Source: an uncultured Lachnospiraceae bacterium
GTDB taxonomy: Bacteria > Bacillota > Clostridia > Lachnospirales > Lachnospiraceae
Assembly (NCBI GenBank): GCA_910587715.1
Contig: CAJUMV010000001.1
Span: forward strand, 102,729 to 166,728
Direction of reading: 5' to 3'
DNA length: 64,000 bases
In this document: positions 54,721-63,410 of the stretch, piece by piece
How the letters are laid out: the number at the start of each line of letters is the position of its first letter
Position numbering within the stretch: position 1 is the stretch's first letter
The notes under the pieces: generated by a model
Databases searched by the model: none
What the model was told of the DNA's origin: nothing
What the model saw: only the letters and a program-made list of their open reading frames with translations
Translations under genes and position numbers: made by a program

Positions 54721-56436
54721 ATGGACGAGAAGATAGAACTGCGGGGCTGGCTTGCCGCCAGCCGGGATATGAAAATCACCTGTCTTGGTGAATATATGGA
54801 TTTGGGCGTCTGCGTGCAGTATCGGAATCTGCTAAATAAATTTCCGCAGGATCAGATTTTTTTGTCGGATGCGGATCAGGTCTGCTTTTTGGACGGCTAT
54901 GTGCACAATAAGGAGGAGTTCCTCTGCCCCGAAGGGTTCGGACAGTGGCAGGAATCTTTTGCCAGCTCTTTTTTGAAAGACCGGACAGCTCATTTTCGAA
55001 AACTGAGAGGAGCCTTTTGCGGGTATTTCTATGATAAGGAAACGAATCAGATTACCGCTTATACGGATCATGTTTCCAATAAGGCGCTATACTATTATGT
55101 GGATGGCGACAGATGGATTTTTTCCAATTACGTGGATTTTATCGTGCGCGTTCTGCGGGCGAACGGCATTGCCTTCCACTTCGATGAGACTGCCGCCAAA
55201 TATATGTTGTCTTATGGGTACATGCTGGATGACAGTACCTATGTGAAAGAAATCCGCCGCCTGCTTCCGGGCTGTTATATGACGGTCGCCGGGGACGGGG
55301 CGGAAATAACGCAGTATTATAAGCTGTGCTGTCACGAACAGTCCATGACGGAGGACGAAGCGCTGGAGAGACTGGATGTATCGTTCCGGCAGGCAGTGGC
55401 AAGGGAGTTTGAGAAGGATAAGGAGTACGGCTATCAACATCTGGTTGATTTAAGCGCCGGGCTGGACAGCCGCATGGTCTGCTGGGTGGCGCATGATATG
55501 GGCTATACGGAACAGACGAATCTGTCTTACAGTAAGCTTGGCTATCGTGATGACCTTATTTCGGGAAAAATTGCGACGCATCTGGGGCACGAATATCTTT
55601 TCCGGGCGCTTGATGATGTGCGGTGGATGTATGATGTGGATGAGATGACCCTGAAAAATAACGGCGCGGCGATTTGTCATGGCATGACCGGCGGCAACCG
55701 GATGCTCAAATCCGTCAATATGGAACGATATGGGATAGAGCATACGGGAATTATCGGCGGACCGACTATGGCGAGCTACTACAAGGACCGGGCGACAGCG
55801 TACGCGAAACCGCGGTATGGGCTGAATACTTACTCTACAAAACTCGGATATACTTTTGATGAAAAAGTGCTTGCGCAGCATGAGACGCAGGAAGCGTTTG
55901 CTATGAATACGCGCGGACTTCTGGGGATGCAGGTTTCTTATATGACCAGACAGAACTATATCGAGTGCGCGTCTCCCTTTGCGGATGTGGACATGCTGGA
56001 GACAGCCTTTTCCATCCCTTATGAATACCGTGTGGACGATAAATTATATCTGCGCTGGATTGCGGAAAAGTATCCCGGCGCGGCGGAGTTCGGCTGGGAA
56101 AAATGGGGCGGGGTAAAGCCCAAAAAGAGCCATATTTTTTTCAGAAAGGTAAAGACAACGCAGCGCCTGGCAAATAGTTTTTGTCACGGACTGCTGCATA
56201 AGCCGGATGCTGATTCCATGAACCCTATGGATTATTGGTACAGCCGGGAGGAAAAGGTCAGGACGTATCTGGACAGCATGTATGCGGAGCGGATGAAAAG
56301 CGCAGTGCTGCCCCGGGAGCTGGCGGATGATATGCGCGGGCTTTACGAGAAGGGAAATTTTGTTGAGAAAAGTCTGGTGCTGACGGTGCTTAGCGCAGTG
56401 CATCTGTATTTGGAAGGCGGTACGGTAAACGGATAG
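54721..56436 (+). CDS. Asparagine-synthase-domain protein lacking the N-terminal Cys nucleophile (PseA-like amidoligase candidate)
   Basis: The PP-loop DLSAGLDSRMV is present, but the N-terminus is MDEKIELRG with no Cys2. Confidence 0.55.
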   Translation: MDEKIELRGWLAASRDMKITCLGEYMDLGVCVQYRNLLNKFPQDQIFLSDADQVCFLDGYVHNKEEFLCPEGFGQWQESFASSFLKDRTAHFRKLRGAFCGYFYDKETNQITAYTDHVSNKALYYYVDGDRWIFSNYVDFIVRVLRANGIAFHFDETAAKYMLSYGYMLDDSTYVKEIRRLLPGCYMTVAGDGAEITQYYKLCCHEQSMTEDEALERLDVSFRQAVAREFEKDKEYGYQHLVDLSAGLDSRMVCWVAHDMGYTEQTNLSYSKLGYRDDLISGKIATHLGHEYLFRALDDVRWMYDVDEMTLKNNGAAICHGMTGGNRMLKSVNMERYGIEHTGIIGGPTMASYYKDRATAYAKPRYGLNTYSTKLGYTFDEKVLAQHETQEAFAMNTRGLLGMQVSYMTRQNYIECASPFADVDMLETAFSIPYEYRVDDKLYLRWIAEKYPGAAEFGWEKWGGVKPKKSHIFFRKVKTTQRLANSFCHGLLHKPDADSMNPMDYWYSREEKVRTYLDSMYAERMKSAVLPRELADDMRGLYEKGNFVEKSLVLTVLSAVHLYLEGGTVNG

Positions 56437-56471
56437 CGTATGGCGGTATGCTCTGACATGGAGGAGTGAGT

Positions 56472-57851
56472 ATGAAGAAACAGGTGGAAGAAGTAGATTT
56501 TCTTATGATTTACGAGCATAAGGTAAGGGAATTGGAAAACCTGTGCCTGATTAAATATGAGCTGGAGAGACGGGGATATAAGGTCGTCATCAAGCATATC
56601 GAGGACGAGGAGGCGCTCGATGCGGTCAAGCCTGTCTATCACGCGAAGGTGGTCACTACGATGGCATGTTACCAGAACGCGTCTTTAGAATGGCATACCA
56701 AAGACTTTGTATCCTTCGACAAAGTGATAGACATGCAGTGGGAGAACATCGTTTATCCGAAGGACGAGCGGGCGGGCGTCTTCAAAAATTATACGGGAAT
56801 CGGCAGAGAGGTCGTGCGTGTGTCCTGGGGAGAAGCCAACAAACGGCGGCTTTTGAAGGCGGCGCATATGGACGAGCGCAATATCAAAGTAGTAGGGCAT
56901 GTGGGAATGGACTTTTTGAGAAGCAGTCTCAGAGGATATTATCTGAGCCGGGAGGAGCTTTTTAAGCAGTATGACCTGCCTGTGGATAAAAAGGTACTGT
57001 TGTTTGCATCGCCTTTCTATGCGGACAATCTTACTGAGCAGTATATCGCCGGTATGTGTAAAAGGCACGGGGATGACTGGCGCGATTACTATGCGTTTAT
57101 GATGCGGTCCGAAAAAGCCATTTTAGAGTGGATGGAAAAGCTGTGCAACGAGCGGGATGATATGATAGTGATTTACAGACCTCATCCCGGTCACATCGGG
57201 AAGCATATGTCTGAGGTGGCCAAGAGATGCCCGAATTTTAAAGTAATCAGCGAGAAGTCCGTCAAACAGTGGATTTTAGCTTCCGACGTCATATACACGG
57301 GCAACAGCTCTACAATCGTGGAAGCGTTTTTTGCGGACAAAATGTGCTACCTTCTTTTTCCTTATGAAGTGACGGACGGGTATGAGTTGAAGCTGATCAG
57401 CAAAGGGGAAAAGATTCGGGACTATGAGTCGTTTTACAGGTCGGCTGTAGGGGAGGGCGGACCGTTCCCGATTTCGCGGGAGGCGATCAACGACATTTAT
57501 CTTGTGGATGATGTGCCGAGTTATGTGAAATTCGCGGATATGGCAGAGGAGGTGCTGCGCGACCCGTCCTACGCGCTGACGGCGGAGCAGTTAAAATCCT
57601 ATCGGAGAAAGCAGCCGGTGACCGTGAAAATTCAGAAAATGCTCCAGCGGCAGGATTGGTTTTATGATAAATACCGCAAAATGCTGGCGGATGAGAACTG
57701 TCACAATAAATGGATTGAAAAACAGCGCGCCCTGCGGCGGCAGAAGGCGGAGCGGAACAAGCGGTTTGCCATCGAGAGCACGAGCGAGCAGGAGATTGCG
57801 GCGATTGTGCGAAAGATCGCGGCGCAGTTGGAAGGAAACAGTAAGCAGTAG
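56472..57851 (+). CDS. Surface-carbohydrate biosynthesis protein-like (putative CMP-sugar-dependent glycosyltransferase)
   Basis: I set the start at ATG 56472, after GGAGGAG. Motifs are DFLMIYEHKVRELENLCLIKYEL and YRPHPGH...SDVIYTGNSSTIVEAFF. It lies between nonulosonic-acid-type genes. The family assignment is tentative. Confidence 0.35.
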   Translation: MKKQVEEVDFLMIYEHKVRELENLCLIKYELERRGYKVVIKHIEDEEALDAVKPVYHAKVVTTMACYQNASLEWHTKDFVSFDKVIDMQWENIVYPKDERAGVFKNYTGIGREVVRVSWGEANKRRLLKAAHMDERNIKVVGHVGMDFLRSSLRGYYLSREELFKQYDLPVDKKVLLFASPFYADNLTEQYIAGMCKRHGDDWRDYYAFMMRSEKAILEWMEKLCNERDDMIVIYRPHPGHIGKHMSEVAKRCPNFKVISEKSVKQWILASDVIYTGNSSTIVEAFFADKMCYLLFPYEVTDGYELKLISKGEKIRDYESFYRSAVGEGGPFPISREAINDIYLVDDVPSYVKFADMAEEVLRDPSYALTAEQLKSYRRKQPVTVKIQKMLQRQDWFYDKYRKMLADENCHNKWIEKQRALRRQKAERNKRFAIESTSEQEIAAIVRKIAAQLEGNSKQ

Positions 57852-57895
57852 ACGATTGAAAATAAAATGTAATTGCTGAAACGGAGGAAAAGAAT

Positions 57896-58576
57896 ATGAG
57901 CGATAAGATTACAGCAGTAGTACCGGTAAAGGGAAACAGCACGAGGCTGCCCAACAAAAACATTTTACCTTTTGGGGACTCCAATTTATTGCAGCACAAG
58001 ATTGAGCAGCTGAAGCAGGTGAAGGGGCTTCACGAGATTATCGTGTCCTCCGATTCCGATGAGATGCTTGCCATTGGTGAAAAATGCGGGGTGAAGGCTA
58101 TCAAAAGACCGGAGCAGTATGCCAATGAATCCGTGCCTTTCGGTATGTTTCTGGAGTATTTGTGCGATACGATCGAGGGCGACCACCTTCTCTACGCCTG
58201 CGCGACTTCGCCCTGCGTGGAGCCTTATCTGTATGAAAAGGCAATCAAGGTATATTTCGAAAAGCTGAAGGAGGGGTATGATTCCCTGATTACGGTTTCT
58301 CCTTACCAGACGTATCTGATGGACGATAACGGTCCTTTGAATTTTAAGATGGGGCTGGAGCATAAAAATTCCGAGCAGCTTCCGATGATGTATCATTTTA
58401 CAAACGGCATCGATCTGGCGCCTACCGAGAAAGTGCGGGAGTGGCATTACAATTACGGTCCGAAATATTATCAGCTAGTTATCAATAAGCGCGAGGCGGC
58501 GGATATCGACGATTTGTACGACTATGAGATGGCAAAGGCGCTGTATGCTATGAAGGATCCGAATCCGACGGTGTAA
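57896..58576 (+). CDS. Acylneuraminate (ulosonic-acid) cytidylyltransferase family protein
   Basis: ITAVVPVKGNSTRLPNKNILPFGDSNLL is the CTP_transf_3 N-terminal motif, in a 226-aa ORF with a GGAGGAAAA RBS. Confidence 0.8.
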   Translation: MSDKITAVVPVKGNSTRLPNKNILPFGDSNLLQHKIEQLKQVKGLHEIIVSSDSDEMLAIGEKCGVKAIKRPEQYANESVPFGMFLEYLCDTIEGDHLLYACATSPCVEPYLYEKAIKVYFEKLKEGYDSLITVSPYQTYLMDDNGPLNFKMGLEHKNSEQLPMMYHFTNGIDLAPTEKVREWHYNYGPKYYQLVINKREAADIDDLYDYEMAKALYAMKDPNPTV

Positions 58577-58603
58577 TTTTTTCGGGACAGAGGAGATAAT
58601 GTT

Positions 58604-61166
58604 ATGGAAAAACGTGCCGCAGAGAGCAGAAAGACGGTATATCTGCTTTATACGCTAGGATTCTGTGTGTTGTCAGGAATTATCGTATTTTTTCAGGTTA
58701 TAAACGGAAGATCCTTTATCCACGTAGTGGATATATTGGATCAGGATTATTCGGTTTTTTTATATCTGGGCAGACAGCTCAGGCAGGCACTCAGCTCAGG
58801 GACGCTGCATTTTTATGATTTTTCTATCGGTCTGGGTGCAGATTTGATTTCATATCTGAATAATAATGGACTTGGAGATCCGCTCAATCTGCTTTCTGTC
58901 TTTGCAGTTGGGAAAGCGGCGCCGCAGGTCTATGCCTTGGCTCTGTTTCTGCGGATGTATCTGGCAGGGATTGGCTTATTGATGTATTGCCGCAGTCATG
59001 GGAAGGATAAAGGCTTATGTATTCTGGCTGGTCTTTCTTATGCGTTTTCACTTTTTGCGATTACTTATGGTTTACAATATTATCAAACGATGAACGCGGC
59101 GTACCTGTTTCCGTTTCTGTTGCTTCAACTGGAGAGGCTGATACAACGAAAAGAGTCGGATGTCAGCGCAGGGATAAAATTTGCTCTGCTGATTGCGGTT
59201 CAGGCGTGCTGCAGCTACTATTTTCTCTATATGCAGACTATCATGCTGCTTGTATATGCGGTAGTCGATTTCTTTACCACATATAAGAACGACTGGCTTC
59301 TGTTCGGGAAAAAGGTCATTTCTGTCGGCATGTATTATTTGCTGGGAATTATGGCCTCGGCGGTCGTGATTTTTCCGGCGGTCAGCGGTTTCCTGACAAG
59401 CGCGAGAGCCGGGGTGGGAATCGGCGGAAGGATGCGGCTGCTTTGGACTGCGGATGAGTTGATACCTATGGCCGCAGATTTATTTGTACCCATGTTAACG
59501 AGCTGGGATCAGGCGTCTTTGGGAATTTCCATGATTAGTTTACTGGCGTTTTTGACATGCATTGTCAGTAAGAGAGCAAAAGAGAGGAGTCTTGCGATTT
59601 TGCTTGCCTTCGCCTATATCTGTCCGGTCGCATGGAGTATATTTAACGGGTTTTCCTATCCATCGCATCGTTGGATGTATGTGGTCCATTTTGCGATTGC
59701 ATACAGCACGATTCTATTTATAGAACATGTGAGCGATGGGGGGGGGGCAAAACAGATGGCTCGAGCTTGCAGGATGCATTCTGTTCCTCGTATCCATGTG
59801 CATGCATTTTTATACCTGTGGGGATAAGATAAGAACCCTTTGCTATACAGGAATAGCGTTTTTAGGACTGTATCTTTTAAAAGCAGACAAGAAAATAAGA
59901 TTACGGGCGCTGACGCTGTTGTGTATGGGAAATTTACTGATAAATATTATTTTTTTGACAGCGCCTTATCAGATATGCGGGCAGGATATGTGGAAGCGGT
60001 TTCATACCCTGGATAGAGTAGAAAAAGCCGCGTCTGATATGTGCATGTCCGAAGTGACGGAAGATGAATGGTATAGAATAGACTGCGAGGGCAGCACGCG
60101 GGCGGAAAGTATCATACAAAATTATAAGGGCTGCGAAGCATATTACAGCGCAATGAATGAAAATATCTGGTCCTTTTATGATATGCTGCAAATTTCTCCC
60201 GGTATTTGCGGAGCGGTACACATCTTGATTGGACTGGATGAACGGGCAGTATTGCGGTCTCTGCTCAGCGTGAAATACTTTGATAATATGGAAACAGAGC
60301 CAAACGACTACATGCTTCCGTTTGGTTTTGAATACGCCGAAGCAATTTCGGAGGATGAATGGAAGCGGATGCCCCCGTTGGAGAGGCAGGATAGCATACT
60401 TAACAAAATGGTGTTGGAGGAGACGGATGTATCTGAAAGCCCGGAAGACACGAGCGGGTCGGGACTTCGGGAGCTGTCGTATACAATACAGTACAAAAAC
60501 GCGGTAAAGCAGGGAAGTACGATTGTTCCCGGGGAAAATGCAGAAATGCGCATACGGATTTCTGAGGAGCTGCCGCCTGCGGAGGAAGCGGAGCTGTACG
60601 TTTGGCTAAAAGGTTTTCAGGGGCATCATTCTATGGGGAGTCAGGGTGTTATTGTAGGAGATAAATTTTTGTATGTGGATAGTCACGACCTTGAAAATGT
60701 GTATTCGACCGGGCAAACAGATTATCTGGTTAAAGTGAATGCCGATGGGCAGGATATAACGATAAAACTGCCGAAGGACAATCCATATACCCTGGAGGAT
60801 ATACAGATATATCTGTATTCGCTTGACGGGCTGGACGAAACCGTCAGGAGGCGGAAGGAACACAGCCTTGAAAATTTGCAGTACAGTAACGATGCAATCG
60901 AGGGAGATATTTCGTCGGCGGGCGGTTATCTGTTCCTGAGCATTCCCTATGATAAGTTTTGGAGAGCTTACGTGGATGATGTGCAGATGCCAATTTACAG
61001 GGCAAATGTAGGATTTATGGCGGTTAAGCTGATCGAGGGCAGGCATCACGTTCGCCTCGTGTATGAGCCGACTCTCGAAAAGGCGGGTTTTGCGGTAACA
61101 TTTTTGGGAATTGTAATATTATGTGGCATGCTGGTATGGGATAAAAGGCGATCTCATTTGCACTGA
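58604..61166 (+). pseudogene. yfhO: YfhO-family GT-C membrane glycosyltransferase, split into two frames at a G10 tract (OFF state or homopolymer sequencing error)
   Basis: ORF 58604-59827 carries the YfhO-like N-terminus and TM core. ORF 59736-61166 carries the remaining TMs plus the C-terminal domain (RAYVDDVQMPIYRANVGFMAVKLIEGRHHVRLVYEP). The frames meet at 59738-59747. A G9 tract would give one ORF of ~853 aa reading ...FIEHVSDGGGQNRWLELAG... Confidence 0.7.
59738..59747 (+). repeat. Poly-G homopolymer (10 G), candidate slipped-strand mispairing site
   Basis: Counted directly as gat-gggggggggg-caa. It is the longest G/C run I found in the window. The others are 7 or shorter. Confidence 0.9.
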
Positions 61167-61186
61167 GTTTTTCCAGATGCTATACT
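61158..61186 (+). promoter_or_regulatory. Candidate internal SigA-type promoter TTGCAC-N17-TATACT
   Basis: TTGCAC at 61158-61163 overlaps the end of the YfhO gene. A 17-nt spacer precedes TATACT at 61181-61186, 64 nt upstream of the aldolase-fusion ATG. Confidence 0.35.
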
Positions 61187-61249
61187 ATCTTAGGTATGGA
61201 AGATGCGTGTCTGCAGCGGTGTGCAGATATGACAGGTAAAAGGAGCGTT

Positions 61250-62842
61250 ATGTCAGAGATTAAACTATTAGACTGTACCCTCCGCGACGGCGGGTATATC
61301 AACGACTGGAATTTCGGAGAATATACAATCCGGGACATCCTGTCGAAATTAATTGAGTCCGGCGTGGACTATATCGAAGTGGGGTTTCTGCGCGACTGTG
61401 TGTATGACAGGAACAAAGCCCTCTACAATAACTGTGCCGAAATTGCTCACATTTTGCCGGAGAAGCGCGGCAGCGCGAAGTTTACCGCCATGTCCCTGCA
61501 CAATAAATACAGCATCGACAAGCTGGAGCCTTATGACGGGAAAACGATAGATGCGCTGCGGGTGACCTTTCACGACTATGACATCGACGAGGGGCTGGAA
61601 TACATCCGAAAAGTGAAGGATAAGGGCTACAAGGTGTTTGCCAATCCCATCAATATCATGGGCTATTCGGATGAAATGATTCTGCGTCTGTTACAGAAAA
61701 TCAACGAGATACAGCCCTATGCCTTTTCTATCGTTGACACCTTCGGTTCCATGATGAAGGACGATCTGCAGCGGATTTATTCCCTGATTGAGCACAATCT
61801 GCGCAAGGATATTGTGATTGGTCTGCATCTGCATGAGAATCTGGCGCTGTCCTACTCGCTGGCGCAGGATTTCATCGGCATGAAGGCGAGCGACAGGGAT
61901 TGTGTGATTGACGCGTCCATGCTCGGTATGGGGCGTTCGCCGGGCAATCTTTGCATGGAGCTTATCATGGATTATATGAATAAGCGCCAGTCCGGGCACT
62001 ATGATGTGAATCCCGTATTGGACGGCATCGACGATCATATCGCAAGGCTGAAGCAGATAGAGCCCTGGGGCTACAACACGGCGTATGCACTGTCGGCGAA
62101 GTATAATCTCCACCGCAACTATGCGGAGTTTCTGCTAGACAAGGGCAGGCTTCGCGCAAAGCAGATTAACCAGATTCTCGGGAGTATCGAGGAACACAAG
62201 AAAACCGCTTATGATGAGACATATATAGAGGGGTTGTATCAGGACTTCCAGAATAAGGCGGTTGACGATGCGCAGACGCTTAAGGACTTGGCAGGAAAAC
62301 TGGCGGGAAAGAAATGTCTGATTCTGGCGCCGGGTTCGAGCATCCTTGGGGAAAAGGAGCGGATTGACCACTATATTGCGGAGGAAAATCCGATTGTATT
62401 CTCGGCAAATTTCGTGCCGGAGACATATGAGGCGGATTATGTTTTCTGTTGTAACGCCATGCGGTTTGAGATGCTGCTTGGCAAAAAGACGATGCCGGCG
62501 CTTGTGGTTACATCTAATCTGCTGGAGATGTGCGAGGATGAAAGACTTGGCGGCAGGCAGCCCTTGATTGTGAATTATACAGATTTGCATTTTGACGAGG
62601 AAAGACCATATGACAATAGTGTCATAATGCTGCTGCGGCTTTTAAAGAAGCTGGAAGTGTCCGATGTGGCGCTTGCCGGATTTGACGGATATCGGGCGGG
62701 CAGCAGGGAGAACTATGTAGCGGACTACATGGCGAGCCAGCATACGAAGGGCGATGAAGAAAATAAGCGGATTAAGGAGCGTATGGGGCAGATGGAGAAG
62801 CAGATGAACATCTGCTATCTGACGAAATCGCTATATCATTAA
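61250..62842 (+). CDS. Fusion protein: HMGL-like (DRE-TIM) aldolase domain plus MptE-like/DUF115 (Maf-like) domain
   Basis: I set the start at ATG 61250, after AAAGGAG. The N-half has LLDCTLRDGGY...GVDYIEVGF and GLHLHENLALSYSLAQ. The C-half has CLILAPGSSI, VFSANF, DYVFCCN and VALAGFDGY. Confidence 0.65.
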   Translation: MSEIKLLDCTLRDGGYINDWNFGEYTIRDILSKLIESGVDYIEVGFLRDCVYDRNKALYNNCAEIAHILPEKRGSAKFTAMSLHNKYSIDKLEPYDGKTIDALRVTFHDYDIDEGLEYIRKVKDKGYKVFANPINIMGYSDEMILRLLQKINEIQPYAFSIVDTFGSMMKDDLQRIYSLIEHNLRKDIVIGLHLHENLALSYSLAQDFIGMKASDRDCVIDASMLGMGRSPGNLCMELIMDYMNKRQSGHYDVNPVLDGIDDHIARLKQIEPWGYNTAYALSAKYNLHRNYAEFLLDKGRLRAKQINQILGSIEEHKKTAYDETYIEGLYQDFQNKAVDDAQTLKDLAGKLAGKKCLILAPGSSILGEKERIDHYIAEENPIVFSANFVPETYEADYVFCCNAMRFEMLLGKKTMPALVVTSNLLEMCEDERLGGRQPLIVNYTDLHFDEERPYDNSVIMLLRLLKKLEVSDVALAGFDGYRAGSRENYVADYMASQHTKGDEENKRIKERMGQMEKQMNICYLTKSLYH

Positions 62843-62866
62843 AGCGAAAAAGAAAGGAAACGGAAC

Positions 62867-63388
62867 GTGGGAGACTGGCAAAAGATTAAATATCTTGTGA
62901 TTGACGTGGACGGCACCATGACGGACGCGGGGATTTTCTATGATGAGCACGGCAATGAACTGAAAAAATTCTGCACCAAGGATGCGGCGGGATTTTTCGC
63001 GGCACGCAGGGCGGGGATTAAAATTCTTGTCCTGACGGGACGGGAGTGCGCCGCCACGACGAGACGCATGGGTGAGATGAAGGTAGATTTTCTTGTGCAG
63101 AACTGTAAGGATAAAGTGCCTTATCTGGAAAAATTTCTGTGTGAACAGGGCGTTTCCTGGGAAGAAATGGGGTATTTGGGAGATGACTTAAACGACTTGC
63201 CGGGCATGAGCCGCTGCGGATTTGCGGGATGCCCTGAAGATGCCTGCGCGGAGGTAAAAGCCCGTGCGGATTATGTGTCCACGATTAAGGGCGGTTACGG
63301 TGCGGTGCGGGATATTGTGGAGCATCTGCTGCGCGCGCGGGGCGAATGGGAAAAAGTCACGGCGGAGATTTACGGAATTGGCGTGTAG
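62867..63388 (+). CDS. HAD-IIIA phosphatase, KdsC/YrbI family (ulosonate-phosphate phosphatase-like)
   Basis: VIDVDGTMTD is HAD motif I. VLTGR and YLGDDLNDLP (motif IV) are also present. The 173-aa ORF has a GTG start after AAAGGAAA. Confidence 0.8.
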   Translation: MGDWQKIKYLVIDVDGTMTDAGIFYDEHGNELKKFCTKDAAGFFAARRAGIKILVLTGRECAATTRRMGEMKVDFLVQNCKDKVPYLEKFLCEQGVSWEEMGYLGDDLNDLPGMSRCGFAGCPEDACAEVKARADYVSTIKGGYGAVRDIVEHLLRARGEWEKVTAEIYGIGV

Positions 63389-63410
63389 AAAACGGGAAGG
63401 ACATGCGTTC

